Shown: piece by piece, positions 1 to 10,990 of the stretch
Layout: every line of letters starts with the position of its first letter
Numbering within the stretch: the stretch's first letter is position 1
Origin: Verrucomicrobiales bacterium
GTDB lineage: Bacteria; Verrucomicrobiota; Verrucomicrobiia; Verrucomicrobiales; V1-33
Length of the DNA: 64,000 nt
Direction of reading: 5' to 3'
NCBI GenBank assembly: GCA_031411295.1
Contig: JANOAV010000140.1
Coordinates: forward strand, 32,001-96,000
The notes under the pieces: model-generated
What the model was told of the DNA's origin: nothing
What the model saw: only the letters and a program-made list of their open reading frames with translations
Database searches by the model: none
Program-made: the position numbers and the translations under genes

Positions 1-1
1 C

Positions 2-667
2 ATTCTGGAGGTGGTCTCCGGCTTCCATCACAGCAGCGATCTGGATCCTATGAAGGCCGCCAACTGGAAGCGCTTCAGCCACACCTGTGGCGAAGGTGGG
101 GTGCTGAATGATCTGGGAATGCACGCCTGCCACTTGCCGCTGCGGCTGGGCTGGCGGCCAACCCGACTCTTCGCGCAACTGCAGAAAGGTTATTCAACCC
201 GCCCCGATGGCAAAGGTGGCGTGGCCAAATGCGACACGTGGGATAACGCGCAACTGCACACTTGGACCACCATTGATGAAGAAGCGGTGCCGTTGCGTTT
301 AGAAATGAAACGTCTCGCTCCCGGGGCCACTAACACGTGGTTTATCGAGATCCTGGGCACGGATGGCGGCGTGCGTTTCAGCACCGCTGAACCCAAGACA
401 CTGTGGCTCTTTGAACGCGGCAAGGAACAATGGTGGAAGCGGACAGAACTTGGATTCGGCACTCCGTTCAAAGCGGTTACTGGCGGCATTTTCGAACCTG
501 GATTTCCCGATGTCATTCAACAAATGTGGGCAGCATATTTGATGGAGCGCGAGGGCTTGCTCAACGGTCGGTTCGGCTGTGCCACGCCTGAAGAAGCCGT
601 GGCAACGCACGAGATCTTCGCTGCTGCGCTAGCTTCCCATGGCGACGGCAAGGTCGTCGAGTTGTAA
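2..667 (+). CDS. Gfo/Idh/MocA family oxidoreductase, C-terminal part (5' truncated by window edge)
   Basis: GGVLNDLGMH motif typical of the GFO_IDH_MocA C-terminal domain; frame is open from the window start. Confidence 0.75.
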   Translation: MLEVVSGFHHSSDLDPMKAANWKRFSHTCGEGGVLNDLGMHACHLPLRLGWRPTRLFAQLQKGYSTRPDGKGGVAKCDTWDNAQLHTWTTIDEEAVPLRLEMKRLAPGATNTWFIEILGTDGGVRFSTAEPKTLWLFERGKEQWWKRTELGFGTPFKAVTGGIFEPGFPDVIQQMWAAYLMEREGLLNGRFGCATPEEAVATHEIFAAALASHGDGKVVEL

Positions 668-680
668 ACGCTACCCCACC

Positions 681-1691
681 ATGAGCACGTCACGCAGCGG
701 GATTCTAGCCGCCGGAAATTTTATCGTTGATCACGTCAAGATCATTGATGCCTACCCGCAGCAGGACATGCTGGCGAGTATCCTCAGCCAATCCCAATCC
801 AATGGTGGTGGGCCTTATAACGTGCTGAAGGATCTGGCGGCCATGCAGGCCGGGTTTCCGCTGGAAGCCTGTGGCTTGGTGGGGGAGGACCCTAACGGGC
901 AATGGATTCACGATGACTGCCAGGCGCACGGCATCAACGTTACGCAACTGCACCGCACCAAAGAACGCGCCACTTCCTACACGGATGCCATGACCGTGCA
1001 GAGCACCGGGCGTCGCACGTTCTTTCATCAGCGGGGAGCCAACGCTCTCTTTGATGGCGAACACTGCTCGTTTGCGAAGACCAACGCGCGGTTGTTTCAC
1101 TTGGGCTACCTCATGTTGTTGGATCGCATGGATTCATTTACTGAGGGTCGCACCCACGCGTCGCTGCTGCTGGAACGCGCTCGCGCGGCAGGGCTGGAAA
1201 CGATTGTGGACATTGTTAGCACAGAGAATCCGCAGTTTCGTGACATCGCCCTGAGCGCGATTCCGTTTACCGATCACTTGGTTATCAACGAAGTGGAGGC
1301 GGGAAATATTGTGGGTCAGAAACTGCAGGAGAGTGACATCAACGGGATCGCCACGGCGGCGGAAACGCTCCTCGCCCTGGGCGTGGCACGGTCGGTGGTA
1401 ATTCACTTCACCAGCGGCTGTGTGGCTGCGGTGCCGGGCCAATCAGCCCTGACCCAGGGCTCGCTGCAGCTGCCTGATGGGTTCAGCCAAGGTGCTACTG
1501 GAGCAGGCGATGCCTTTGCTGCGGGCTACGTTTACGGAGTGCATGAGAACCACCCACTAGCCGATCGGCTGAAACTGGCTGTCTGCTGCGCGGCTGCGAG
1601 TCTAACGCATCCGACACCATCCACTGGAGTCAAGCCGGTGGAGGAATGCCTAGCGCTGGAGCAACAGTTTCCTGCAAGAGTGCTGCGATAA
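681..1691 (+). CDS. PfkB/ribokinase family carbohydrate kinase
   Basis: GGGPYN N-terminal motif, INEVE, and ATGAGDAFAAG PfkB signature; ATG at 681 chosen over the overlapping upstream ATG. Confidence 0.9.
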   Translation: MSTSRSGILAAGNFIVDHVKIIDAYPQQDMLASILSQSQSNGGGPYNVLKDLAAMQAGFPLEACGLVGEDPNGQWIHDDCQAHGINVTQLHRTKERATSYTDAMTVQSTGRRTFFHQRGANALFDGEHCSFAKTNARLFHLGYLMLLDRMDSFTEGRTHASLLLERARAAGLETIVDIVSTENPQFRDIALSAIPFTDHLVINEVEAGNIVGQKLQESDINGIATAAETLLALGVARSVVIHFTSGCVAAVPGQSALTQGSLQLPDGFSQGATGAGDAFAAGYVYGVHENHPLADRLKLAVCCAAASLTHPTPSTGVKPVEECLALEQQFPARVLR

Positions 1692-1746
1692 ACTGGCAGA
1701 ATACGCTCCGCGTTTCTACCGGCGCTCCACTGCGCTAAGCCTGCAA

Positions 1747-1784
1747 CATCCGCTGGAGTCCCGCTTTTAAGCGCTTTTAAGCGG
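1747..1784. repeat. REP-like hairpin element
   Basis: TGGAGTCCCGCTTTTAAGCG followed by a 10-bp duplication; nearly identical to the reverse complement of the 3' arm of the element at 44345-44389. Confidence 0.6.
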
Positions 1785-1935
1785 TGCCTCACGCCACGCG
1801 GGGAATCGACGACGGTCCAGCAGGTTCCGATTTTCCCCGCAGGTCAGGATCTCCGAGCCTTCCCAAGTGGCCGGGTTTACCCGTTGTAAGAAATTGTGCC
1901 TCATCCTCGTAAACGTGCTGGAAGAATTCCCCCAA

Positions 1936-3525
1936 ATGCCTATGCTGGACGCCATGAATCCTGAAGCCTCCCCTGATGAAACTACCGCACCGTCCCAGGC
2001 GGACCGGTTGCGCGGCCCTTTGTATTGGCTCTCTGGAGCCCGCTGGGACACGTTGAAATATTGCCCTGCTTCAGAGCGGGAGCGCGTCGCAGTGTTAGGC
2101 TCAACCGTCTTGATCCCCACCGTGATGTCTTTTTTTGGGATGTATTTCTATGCCCGCAGTCGCTTTGCGGAACCTCCGTTTCTGATGTGCTTCATTGCGG
2201 CCTTGGCGTGGGCGTTTGTCATTATGAATACGGACCGGATTCTGCTGGCCACCTATCGCCCCTATCAACCCTTCTGGCGGAAGTTCCTCCAGGTGTGTTT
2301 TCGGTTCGGACTGGCCGCAGTCGTGAGTATCGCCATCGCCTTTCCCTTCTGTTTGGATCAATATCGGCCCGCTATTGCGCATCGCTATCAGACGGAAATT
2401 CAGTCCGTGCTCAATGATCTGCGTCAGGAGGAGAGCACGAAACGCAGGGAGTTGACGACCACCTATGACACGGAACACGAAGCCAAGGTGATCCAATTGA
2501 CCCCGCTGCAGAATGCCATTTTAAACACGGAGGTCTATGCCGATCAGAAGTTGGAAGAGGAAAAGAAAAAGATTAGCGCAGAGGGATTCGTGCCCACGGC
2601 ATCGCCTGAGACACGACAATTGGTTTCAAAAGTGGAGGCTGTGAAGGAGGCTGTCTCCAAGCTCAAAGCGGATCAAAACGAACGGGAGAATCTCCATCGC
2701 AGACTGGTGGAAGCCATCGCGCGGGAGATGGCGGGTCAGCCGAACGAGTTTTTCCCCGAACCCAAGAAAGCTGGTGAAGGTCCGCGCACCAAGGACATGC
2801 AACGGAGAGATCTGGACACCACGCGGGAGTTGTCGCGCCTCGTGGCCAGCTTGGCGCAACAGACTGCGGCATTGGAAAATCTAAATTTATCCCTGGCCGC
2901 CGCCCGGTTAGTGGATCGCGGCACGATGCTGGATGCGCTGCCATCCCGACGGGAAGCGTTCGTAAAAGAGGCAGAGGAAATGGAACGGGTGCGCATCGAA
3001 AGGCTGGATCGATTAGTCACAGAGATCGCGCAGCATACGGAAGATCAGAAGCGGGCGCTGCGATTGCACGATGATCGTTATTTGGCCCCCATCCAGCGTT
3101 ACGAGAACAAGATCAAAGGCGTGCTGGATCCCATGGAGGAAACGATCGGCTTGTATAAAGTGATCTTCCTCCCCGCGCCCGATGCCTCCGCTACCGAGCA
3201 AGGAGAACAGGGCTACAAATGGATGGCTGGGTTGTTTCAATTTCTGGTAGTGTTCGGCACCTTGTTTCTGCTGGATCTGGTGCCCATCATGGCGAAAATT
3301 TTCAGCCGACCAGGTCCCTACGATGTGCTGGTAGAGCAGGCGGAAATGGTCGCGAATCTGAACCTGGCGGCCTTCAAAAAGAACTACCCGGAGAATGCTC
3401 GTCGCTGGGCTGCGGGCAATCCGGCCGGGGCTCCGAAATCTCCCGGGGAAATCCTGCGCCTGCACGCCTATGCGCCCGTGGTGGCGGTTGCGGACGGAGT
3501 TGCCACCGTCGCGACTCCAGAGTGA
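1936..3525 (+). CDS. DUF4407-like membrane/coiled-coil protein
   Basis: Three N-terminal TM segments with ...NTDR..., RFGLA motif, long coiled coil containing GEGP, C-terminal TM (LDLVPIMAK); start could be 1936, 1942 or 1954. Confidence 0.65.
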   Translation: MPMLDAMNPEASPDETTAPSQADRLRGPLYWLSGARWDTLKYCPASERERVAVLGSTVLIPTVMSFFGMYFYARSRFAEPPFLMCFIAALAWAFVIMNTDRILLATYRPYQPFWRKFLQVCFRFGLAAVVSIAIAFPFCLDQYRPAIAHRYQTEIQSVLNDLRQEESTKRRELTTTYDTEHEAKVIQLTPLQNAILNTEVYADQKLEEEKKKISAEGFVPTASPETRQLVSKVEAVKEAVSKLKADQNERENLHRRLVEAIAREMAGQPNEFFPEPKKAGEGPRTKDMQRRDLDTTRELSRLVASLAQQTAALENLNLSLAAARLVDRGTMLDALPSRREAFVKEAEEMERVRIERLDRLVTEIAQHTEDQKRALRLHDDRYLAPIQRYENKIKGVLDPMEETIGLYKVIFLPAPDASATEQGEQGYKWMAGLFQFLVVFGTLFLLDLVPIMAKIFSRPGPYDVLVEQAEMVANLNLAAFKKNYPENARRWAAGNPAGAPKSPGEILRLHAYAPVVAVADGVATVATPE

Positions 3526-3623
3526 GCGTGGTAGTAGTCCGCTGGACTGCACCGCCAATCGGCCCTCGAATGCTGCTCGCAACTTCTTGCGCAAAGCGAA
3601 AATCTGTTGGATAGTTCCGGCCT

Positions 3624-4220
3624 ATGGCCCAAACCACCCGCAGCGCGACCATTTCCCGCACCACCGCCGAAACCGACATCCAACTCAGCCTAACCATCGA
3701 TGGCTCTGGCAAGGCCGAGGTGGACACCGGTATTGGCTTTTTCGATCACATGCTGACCCTCTTCGCCAAGCACAGCTTGGTGGATTTGCAGGTTCGTGTG
3801 AAGGGAGATCTTCACGTGGACTACCACCACACCGTGGAAGACACCGGCATCGTGCTGGGCCAAGCGCTGAAACAAGCTCTGGGAGACAAGGTCGGCATCG
3901 TCCGCTACGGGTCGTTCTATCTGCCCATGGATGAAACGCTCTCCCGCGTGGTCGTGGACCTCAGCGGACGTCCGTTTCTGGACTATCGCGCTCCAGCCCA
4001 AGTCGCCAGCATCGGACAATTCAGCTTTACCCTCGTTGAAGAATTCCTCCGTGGATTCAGTAATGCCCTCATGGCCAACGTCCACGTGGAAGTCCTTTAC
4101 GGACGCGATGCCCACCACATGTCCGAATCCATTTTCAAAGGCCTCGCCCGTTCTCTGGATGCCGCCATGAAACACGACCCCCGCGTCATCGGCGTGCCCA
4201 GTTCCAAAGGGGTGATCTAA
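3624..4220 (+). CDS. hisB: Imidazoleglycerol-phosphate dehydratase
   Basis: [30 protein letters not shown] and PSSKG motifs. Confidence 0.97.
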   Translation: MAQTTRSATISRTTAETDIQLSLTIDGSGKAEVDTGIGFFDHMLTLFAKHSLVDLQVRVKGDLHVDYHHTVEDTGIVLGQALKQALGDKVGIVRYGSFYLPMDETLSRVVVDLSGRPFLDYRAPAQVASIGQFSFTLVEEFLRGFSNALMANVHVEVLYGRDAHHMSESIFKGLARSLDAAMKHDPRVIGVPSSKGVI

Positions 4221-4247
4221 AACGAGGGTCGGCCGCTGCGACATTCG

Positions 4248-6140
4248 CTACGCGGCATCCACTTCCACCTCGACTTCGGCCGCTGGCTCCACAAGATCCT
4301 GTTCCACGCGGAGGTTATCGATGATAAAATCCTGACGGATGGGCGTGTTTTTGCCCATGTAGAAATTCAGCATGTCCTTCAGCGAGTGGTGGTGATCGAT
4401 GGTGACGGGATCGAGTCGGATATCCGGGCCGATGAAGTTCTTGAACTCACCGGGGGAAATTTCACCCAACCCTTTGAATCGGGTGATCTCGGGATTCTTG
4501 CCCAGAGCTGCGATGGCGCGCTGCTTCTCTTCATCGCTGTAGCAGTAGCGCGTTTCCTTCTTATTACGGACGCGGAAGAGCGGGGTTTGCAGCACGAATA
4601 GGTGGCCTTGGCGCACGAGATCCGGGAAAAATTGCAGGAAGAACGTGATCATGAGCAAGCGGATGTGCATCCCATCCACATCGGCATCGGTGGCCAGGAT
4701 CACCTTGTTGTATTTCAACTCATCCAAATTGTCCTCAATGTTCAGCGCGTGCTGCAGGAGGTTGAACTCTTCATTTTCATAAACGACTTTCTTCGTGAGC
4801 CCGTGAACATTCAGCGGCTTCCCACGCAGGCTGAAGACGGCCTGGAAATTGGCGTCCCGGCTGCTGGTGATGGAGCCGCTGGCGCTGTCACCCTCGGTTA
4901 GGAACAGCATCGTCTTGTCCTTTTCCTTGTGATTCGTGTCGTAGTGGACCCGGCAGTCGCGCAGTTTTTTATTGTGGATCTTCGCTTTCTTGGCGCGCTC
5001 CCGGGCCAGTTTGGCCACGCCTGCGAGTTCCTTGCGCTCCTTTTCGTTATTGTTGATCTTATCCAACCACGACTCGGCCACGACTTTGTTTTTGTGCAGG
5101 AATGGATCGAGTTCCTTCTGCATGAAGGCACTCACGAACGTCCGGACGGTGCCACCTCCGGGTTCCATTTCGTGACCGGTTAGTTTGATCTTGGTTTGAT
5201 TCTCAAACTGCGGGTCCTGCACCCGAATCGCGATGGCACCCACGATGCCTTGGCGCACATCGGAGGGATCGAACTCTTTCTTGAAATGTTCCCGCGCCAC
5301 CTTCACCAGCGCTTCCCGGAAGGCAGCCAAATGCGTGCCGCCTTGGGTGGTCCACTGCCCGTTGACGAAGGTGAATATGTCCTCGCCCGTCTGGTGGGTG
5401 TGAGTGAAGGCAATTTCTATATCCGTGCCCTTCAAATGCACGATGGGATAGAGCGGGTCTTCGGTTAAATTTTCCCGCAGCAGATCGGCCAAGCCGTCCT
5501 TGGAGCGGAAGTTTTGTCCGTTGAAATTGATCGTTAGCCCGGTGTTCAGATATGAATAGTAGCGGAACATGCGGGTGAGGATTTCTCCATCGAACTTGTA
5601 TTTCGGATCGAACAACCGGGGCGCGCCTTCGGGCGTAAACGCCACACGGGTGCCATTTGGTTCGTCGCATTTGCTGGCTTTCTCCTGGCGTTTGGTGACT
5701 TTGCCGTGGGCAAATTCCATCGCCATGGTCTGACCTTCGCGATACGCCTGAATTTCGAAATGCGTGCTGAGCGCATTGACGGCCTTCAGACCCACGCCGT
5801 TGAGACCCACGGACTTCTGGAATGCCTTGGAATCGTATTTCCCGCCGGTATTGATGATGGCGGCACAGTCGTAAAGTTTCCCCAGCGGAATGCCGCGGCC
5901 GAAGTCGCGAACCTCTAGGCGCTTCTCGTCCATGGTGACTTTAATCTGCTTCCCGTAACCCATCACAAATTCGTCGATGGAGTTATCGATCGCTTCCTTC
6001 ACCAAAATATAGAGCCCATCATCAGCCGACGAGCCATCGCCCAGCTTGCCGATATACATGGTGGGACGCAGGCGGATATGATCCACCCAGTCGAGTGATT
6101 TAATGGAATCTTCGTCGTAGCCGTGGTCGGGAGTGCTCAT
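4248..6140 (-). CDS. parE: Type IIA topoisomerase subunit B, topoisomerase IV ParE-type
   Basis: GHKL motifs ([22 protein letters not shown]), [32 protein letters not shown]; short form resembling PVC/Bacteroidota ParE rather than GyrB. Confidence 0.85.
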   Translation of the reverse strand: MSTPDHGYDEDSIKSLDWVDHIRLRPTMYIGKLGDGSSADDGLYILVKEAIDNSIDEFVMGYGKQIKVTMDEKRLEVRDFGRGIPLGKLYDCAAIINTGGKYDSKAFQKSVGLNGVGLKAVNALSTHFEIQAYREGQTMAMEFAHGKVTKRQEKASKCDEPNGTRVAFTPEGAPRLFDPKYKFDGEILTRMFRYYSYLNTGLTINFNGQNFRSKDGLADLLRENLTEDPLYPIVHLKGTDIEIAFTHTHQTGEDIFTFVNGQWTTQGGTHLAAFREALVKVAREHFKKEFDPSDVRQGIVGAIAIRVQDPQFENQTKIKLTGHEMEPGGGTVRTFVSAFMQKELDPFLHKNKVVAESWLDKINNNEKERKELAGVAKLARERAKKAKIHNKKLRDCRVHYDTNHKEKDKTMLFLTEGDSASGSITSSRDANFQAVFSLRGKPLNVHGLTKKVVYENEEFNLLQHALNIEDNLDELKYNKVILATDADVDGMHIRLLMITFFLQFFPDLVRQGHLFVLQTPLFRVRNKKETRYCYSDEEKQRAIAALGKNPEITRFKGLGEISPGEFKNFIGPDIRLDPVTIDHHHSLKDMLNFYMGKNTPIRQDFIIDNLRVEQDLVEPAAEVEVEVDAA

Positions 6141-6302
6141 GTTGGTCAAGGAACAGGGGGAAATGGTTGATTGGTCCCCCAGAGAGAAGCGATTTTTCCC
6201 TGGGATGCAAGTTGAATGGCGAAATGGGTCGGTGGGCCACGCCAGATTGACATCCGTTCGACACGTGGCAATGTTTGATGACTCCGCAACAATTTCAGCC
6301 GC

Positions 6303-6572
6303 ATGAGCACAATCACACTCGAATATCCCCTCGCTTGGCTAGCCGCCATGGGAGTAGATGAAGACAGCTTCGTCTCGGACGCCAAAGCCGCAGCCGCCAC
6401 GAAGCTTTTCGAGCGTGGAAAACTTTCCAGCGGACAAGCGGCTCAGTTAGCAGGCCTAACCAGGGCGGAGTTTTTGCTCACTTGTAGGCAGTGGGGGGTA
6501 TCGAGCGTTGAGTGGGATGATGCGGAAATGAAGGCGGAATTCGCAGACGAAATACTTTTCCCCAAACTATGA
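6303..6572 (+). CDS. UPF0175 family putative antitoxin
   Basis: [27 protein letters not shown] signature; ATGA overlap with the next gene. Confidence 0.85.
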   Translation: MSTITLEYPLAWLAAMGVDEDSFVSDAKAAAATKLFERGKLSSGQAAQLAGLTRAEFLLTCRQWGVSSVEWDDAEMKAEFADEILFPKL

Positions 6573-7054
6573 GTGTCTTGGTCAGCAATTCAGGACCGCT
6601 GATCGCGTTGAGCGGAATTGATCGCTTGGATCTTTTGGATTCGCTGTTTGGGAAAGTCTTCATTCCTGAAGAGGTGGCTCAGGAATGTTTGGCAGGCGGA
6701 GCTGCTGGGAGTGGCGTGGCGTCGTTTCAGAAATTTGAGGGATTTCAGGTAATTCAACTGCCCGATCCACCGAATCCGCTCCTGACTGCATTGTTAGATA
6801 TCGGGGAGTCTCGAGCGATAGAGCTGGCTCTGCAGCTGCAGCCTTCAATTCTGCTGATGGACGAATTACGTGGAAGGAAGGTGGCTCGAAACATTTATGG
6901 AATTCAAGTGGTCGGCACAGGACGGGTTCTGATCGAGGCCAAGCGAGCAAACTTGATCAATGCGGTTCTCCCGTTGTTAGCAAAAATTCGAGCGAACGGA
7001 TATTGGCTATCAGATCGGATCACGGATGAAATCATTAAGCAAGCAGGAGAATGA
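6569..7054 (+). CDS. DUF3368 family PIN-domain protein (putative toxin)
   Basis: VSNSGPLIAL, IPEEVAQE, LDIGESRAI, LMDELRGR, GTGRVL and GYWLS motifs. Confidence 0.88.
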   Translation: MSVLVSNSGPLIALSGIDRLDLLDSLFGKVFIPEEVAQECLAGGAAGSGVASFQKFEGFQVIQLPDPPNPLLTALLDIGESRAIELALQLQPSILLMDELRGRKVARNIYGIQVVGTGRVLIEAKRANLINAVLPLLAKIRANGYWLSDRITDEIIKQAGE

Positions 7055-7241
7055 GCGATGGCTGGGGAGCCCTTCAACAGGGGCTTCCGTTGACGTTTTC
7101 TAACTACTATAACCAGTGGAATCAGAGTTGTTCGAGCCCTATCCTGCCCCCAGCGTCGAGCTTGGGCTTCACCCGCAGCCAGTGCGGCAGTGACTGAGGG
7201 TGCCAGCGGACGTGGGCGGAAGTAGCTGATTATCTTGGAAA

Positions 7242-7856
7242 TCATGCGATTCCCGCCTCCGCTAACGGCATTCTAACTGATTTATTCGATGATGGCTGGA
7301 CCATAGTGAATCGCACCAAGTCACCCACGGTTTCAACCTTCCCGAAATAGGGATTTTTCTCCCAATCATCCGTGGAGCGGCCAGCCAACTCACTTACTTC
7401 ATCAACCAGATCGTCCAGATCCTCGACACCAAGGCGCAAATCTTCCACCAGGCGATCCAGGGAGCGGATTGGCACACTTGGTGAGGCTACGAAATCTTGC
7501 AGTGACTCATACACCGCCCGCAACACCAGCGTGTCCGTGGTGCGACGCGGGAAGGATTTGGCGAAATCGCAGATGGATTCATTGCTGCGTCTCTTTGTCA
7601 TTTCACGTCCGTGGCGGAGATCGCACACTTTTGAAATGGAGATCCAGACTGCCGATGCTGCCAGCAGGGTAAGCATGGGTAACCAGCTTCCTGTGATAAG
7701 ATACAGTCCCCATGACATTCCGCCGATGAAGAAGCTGAAGATCAACCAACCCACAACACTTGCTAGCGCTGAGGTCTCGCGTTGCTGGCGACGGGCTTGG
7801 ATGATGCGGCGGGACGACGTTCGCAAAGTGAGGAAGTTTGGTGGAAGGAAGGACAA
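7242..7856 (-). CDS. Hypothetical membrane protein with an acyl-carrier-like C-terminal region
   Basis: Two TM helices, then DRLVEDLRL...DLDDLV...VETVGDLVRF, reminiscent of the ACP fold; start uncertain. Confidence 0.5.
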   Translation of the reverse strand: MSFLPPNFLTLRTSSRRIIQARRQQRETSALASVVGWLIFSFFIGGMSWGLYLITGSWLPMLTLLAASAVWISISKVCDLRHGREMTKRRSNESICDFAKSFPRRTTDTLVLRAVYESLQDFVASPSVPIRSLDRLVEDLRLGVEDLDDLVDEVSELAGRSTDDWEKNPYFGKVETVGDLVRFTMVQPSSNKSVRMPLAEAGIA

Positions 7857-7989
7857 TTTGTGAGGGGAAATAATAATTCTCCAGAGGCATAAGTCAAACC
7901 ACTCAGACTAGCGAAGCAACCGTGACGAATCTCCGCGCCTCCGCGAGTGCGCCTTTGCTTGCGCGCAAGTTCCCATCTAAATCGAAGGC

Positions 7990-9240
7990 ATGACGAGATT
8001 TCGAGCCACCATCCTTTTCCTCAGCACCATCACGATTTCCCTAGCCGAAGACTGGCCGCAGTGGCGGGGGCCGGCGCGCACCGGGCATGTGACGGATGCG
8101 GCGGCGGTGGTGGCGAAGTTGCCGGATGATCCGAAGACGACTTGGAAGCTGGCGATAGGGGATGGCTTTGCTTCCCCAGTGGTGGCGGGTGGGAAGGTTT
8201 TTTACTTGGATAATCAAGGCACGGACGAGGTGGCACATGCGGTGGAGGCGGCTACGGGGAAGGAGCTTTGGCAGGAGAAAGTTTTCGCTTCGCATAAGGA
8301 TGGTTTCGGCATCGGTCCGCGGACCACGCCCTTGGTGGACGGGGATCGGGTGTATTTCCAATCGGCTCGCGGGGAACTGCAATGCCGGAAAACCGCAGAT
8401 GGGAAACTGGTCTGGCGGAAAAATTTCGAGACTGATTTCGGAGTCGTTTACATTGGCGAGAAGGGGAGTGCCGCTGGAGCCGTGCGGCATGGGGCCACGG
8501 GCGCCCCCTTGATTGAGGGGGACAAGTTAATCGCTCAGGTGGGTGGTCCTGACGGTGCTGGAGTGGTGGCGTTCAACAAACTAACAGGCGACGTGATTTG
8601 GAAGTCGCAGAACGACCAAGCCTCCTACGCTGCGCCCATTCTGGCCACGGTGGCCGGGCAGAAGATGTTCATTTCTTTCACCATCGAGGGGCTCATTGGA
8701 CTCGATCCGGCCGACGGAAAGTTGCTCTGGCGACGCGCTATGACGACGCGGCTGGGTCGCCACGTCACCACGCCGGTGGTGGCGGATGATGTGGTGATCG
8801 TGGCCTCGCATCAACTGGGCACGGTGGGCACGCGGATTGTGAAAGAGGGGACTGGTTTCGTGGCGCAGGAAGCGTGGGAGAACATGAAAGTGCAGACGAA
8901 TTTCACCAGCCCCGTCATCGTGGAAGGTCAGCTTTATGGCTTGGGATCAGCCAAAGACCTGATCTGCATGGATCCAAAAACCGGCATCGTGTCCTGGGCG
9001 CAGACGGGCGTGGTGAATACCAGCGCAGAACAGGCGGAAGCGACTTTCCTCGTCATGGGCAAGAACATCCTCTGCCTAACCGATGGCGGTGAATTGCTGC
9101 TCTATGCGGCGGAGGCCAAGGCTTTTCAGGAAATTAGCCGGGTGCAGGCCTGCGGGAAAAACTGGTGCAATCCTGCCTATGTGGGCGGGAAACTGTATCT
9201 GCGGGACAAGACGGAACTGCGCTGTGTGGAGTTGAAATGA
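7990..9240 (+). CDS. Secreted PQQ-like beta-propeller protein (BamB-like, PVC-expanded family)
   Basis: Signal peptide, EDWPQWRGP N-terminus, repeated D..TGK..W blades, GKLYLRD C-terminus. Confidence 0.88.
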   Translation: MTRFRATILFLSTITISLAEDWPQWRGPARTGHVTDAAAVVAKLPDDPKTTWKLAIGDGFASPVVAGGKVFYLDNQGTDEVAHAVEAATGKELWQEKVFASHKDGFGIGPRTTPLVDGDRVYFQSARGELQCRKTADGKLVWRKNFETDFGVVYIGEKGSAAGAVRHGATGAPLIEGDKLIAQVGGPDGAGVVAFNKLTGDVIWKSQNDQASYAAPILATVAGQKMFISFTIEGLIGLDPADGKLLWRRAMTTRLGRHVTTPVVADDVVIVASHQLGTVGTRIVKEGTGFVAQEAWENMKVQTNFTSPVIVEGQLYGLGSAKDLICMDPKTGIVSWAQTGVVNTSAEQAEATFLVMGKNILCLTDGGELLLYAAEAKAFQEISRVQACGKNWCNPAYVGGKLYLRDKTELRCVELK

Positions 9241-9246
9241 CTGCCA

Positions 9247-10869
9247 CTATGGTTTCACCTTCACGGTAACCTCCTTGGCCGTCGGTGCGACCGTGAAGGT
9301 CGTGCCGTTGACTTCCAGAGTGACCGCTTGACCGTCAGGGGCATGATCCCACGTGAACCTCCCCGACTCATCCGTTTCGGCTAGTGCTGGAGTTTCATCA
9401 GGCTCCACGCGGCCCATATGATGCAGCGAAATCTTCGCTTTGGCGACGGGCTCCCCTTTCTGATTAAGGACTTGGCCACTGAGTTTGTGGCCGATTTCCA
9501 AAGGCAATTCCAGCCCGACGTTCTTTCCTACCATGCGCACTTTTTTGAGGCTGGGCGCATAACCTTCGGGAATCGCCAGTGCCCAAAAGTCGCCAGGTTC
9601 TTCGAAATCAAACGTAATTCCGGGAGCGAACGGGCGGCACTTAATCTGGCGGACGGCCCCTGAATCGTGCATTTCCCCATCCGTGACAAAGGCCCCTCCG
9701 ATCTTGCAGGCTGGCAGGGTTGCCCCGGTCTGGGGGAGTTTCAGGGTGACCAGCACCTTGGCGGCAGGGGGCAGGATCACCTCGCAGGTTCGTGAGTGCA
9801 GACTTTCTTCGGAGAGCGAGACCGGACCAGCGCCATCGCTGTAGAGGTCGACTTTAAAGCACTTGGAGGCGGAAACCGCCAGGCTCACATTCTTGGAGTC
9901 GCTGGGCAGGGAATGGTAAACCCACTGCCCCTTCTCGTCCGTTTTCTCAACATTCAGCGATCGTTCGATCCAAGTATCACCATCCTTCACACTGCCGAAG
10001 ATTTCGACACTGGCATCCTTGATCGGCTCTCCCGCCGTATTGCGAACCACCCCACCGATGGTGCGGGCGGGGGTTAAAATCAGCTTTTTGATTTCATTGG
10101 ATTTCATTTCTTCCCAGCCCCAGTCTTCCGCGGTATAGCCATCTTTATCGAAGGACAGCGTGCCTCCAGTTTTACCGTCGGGACCCAGCGGAACCTTCGC
10201 CAGGCCCTGCGCATCGGCCACGATGGTTAGCTCTGGCAGTGGCAAGTCTTTGAAGGTGCGATTCTGCACGGAGATTTTCACCCCGGGCACCGGACGCCCC
10301 AAGGGGTCCCGGCATTCCAGAACGAACGTGATCCCGTTCTTGGGGACCTCTGCCTTGCCTGCAGCTTGCAGTAATTCCTTCACGGCCGGACTGGTTTCCC
10401 AGTATAATTTACTCTCAAACCACGCTCCGCCGTAGGACAGATTCAGCGTCTGATCCCGACCGTAGCAAAAGCAACGGAGGATGGGCACGGTGTCTCCGAA
10501 AACTTCCATCTGGGCAAACTTCGTCTTCATGGGACTGTCCGCGGCATCATCATCCTGGTGGTTAAATTCGTAACAATAAGAGCAGGGAAGTTTCGGGTCG
10601 GGATAGACTCCACTGCCCGCCGTGTGCTCCGCATTGTCGGCCGGAGACAGGAGGATCGACTTATCGGCCAGGAAATCCGGCACCAAATCAGACAGATGCT
10701 GCGGCAGTTCCCCATTTTCATCCACAAACCGAAACAGGGCGTTGCGAATTTTCTCCATGTGCTCCCGATCCGTCTGCTTGTCTTCCGCCTCGCCTGCGGT
10801 CAGTGGTAAAGTTACCGCCGCCGAGTTGACAAAACATATCCATAAAAGTGCCGAAAAAAAGGTCCGCAT
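9247..10869 (-). CDS. Exported protein with carboxypeptidase-regulatory-like (transthyretin-like) repeats
   Basis: Signal peptide; repeated G.V....G.P+..A.+ ... TD..G.+ units. Confidence 0.65.
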   Translation of the reverse strand: MRTFFSALLWICFVNSAAVTLPLTAGEAEDKQTDREHMEKIRNALFRFVDENGELPQHLSDLVPDFLADKSILLSPADNAEHTAGSGVYPDPKLPCSYCYEFNHQDDDAADSPMKTKFAQMEVFGDTVPILRCFCYGRDQTLNLSYGGAWFESKLYWETSPAVKELLQAAGKAEVPKNGITFVLECRDPLGRPVPGVKISVQNRTFKDLPLPELTIVADAQGLAKVPLGPDGKTGGTLSFDKDGYTAEDWGWEEMKSNEIKKLILTPARTIGGVVRNTAGEPIKDASVEIFGSVKDGDTWIERSLNVEKTDEKGQWVYHSLPSDSKNVSLAVSASKCFKVDLYSDGAGPVSLSEESLHSRTCEVILPPAAKVLVTLKLPQTGATLPACKIGGAFVTDGEMHDSGAVRQIKCRPFAPGITFDFEEPGDFWALAIPEGYAPSLKKVRMVGKNVGLELPLEIGHKLSGQVLNQKGEPVAKAKISLHHMGRVEPDETPALAETDESGRFTWDHAPDGQAVTLEVNGTTFTVAPTAKEVTVKVKP

Positions 10870-10990
10870 GGAGCGGACGCTACCACAACGACAGCCCTCC
10901 TGCCAAGGGCGTTTGTGCTAAAACCACGACCCCGCCGAAGCAAACGGGCAGGGGGGGGCGTTGGCAGACCACGTGCTTGACCGCTAGGAA

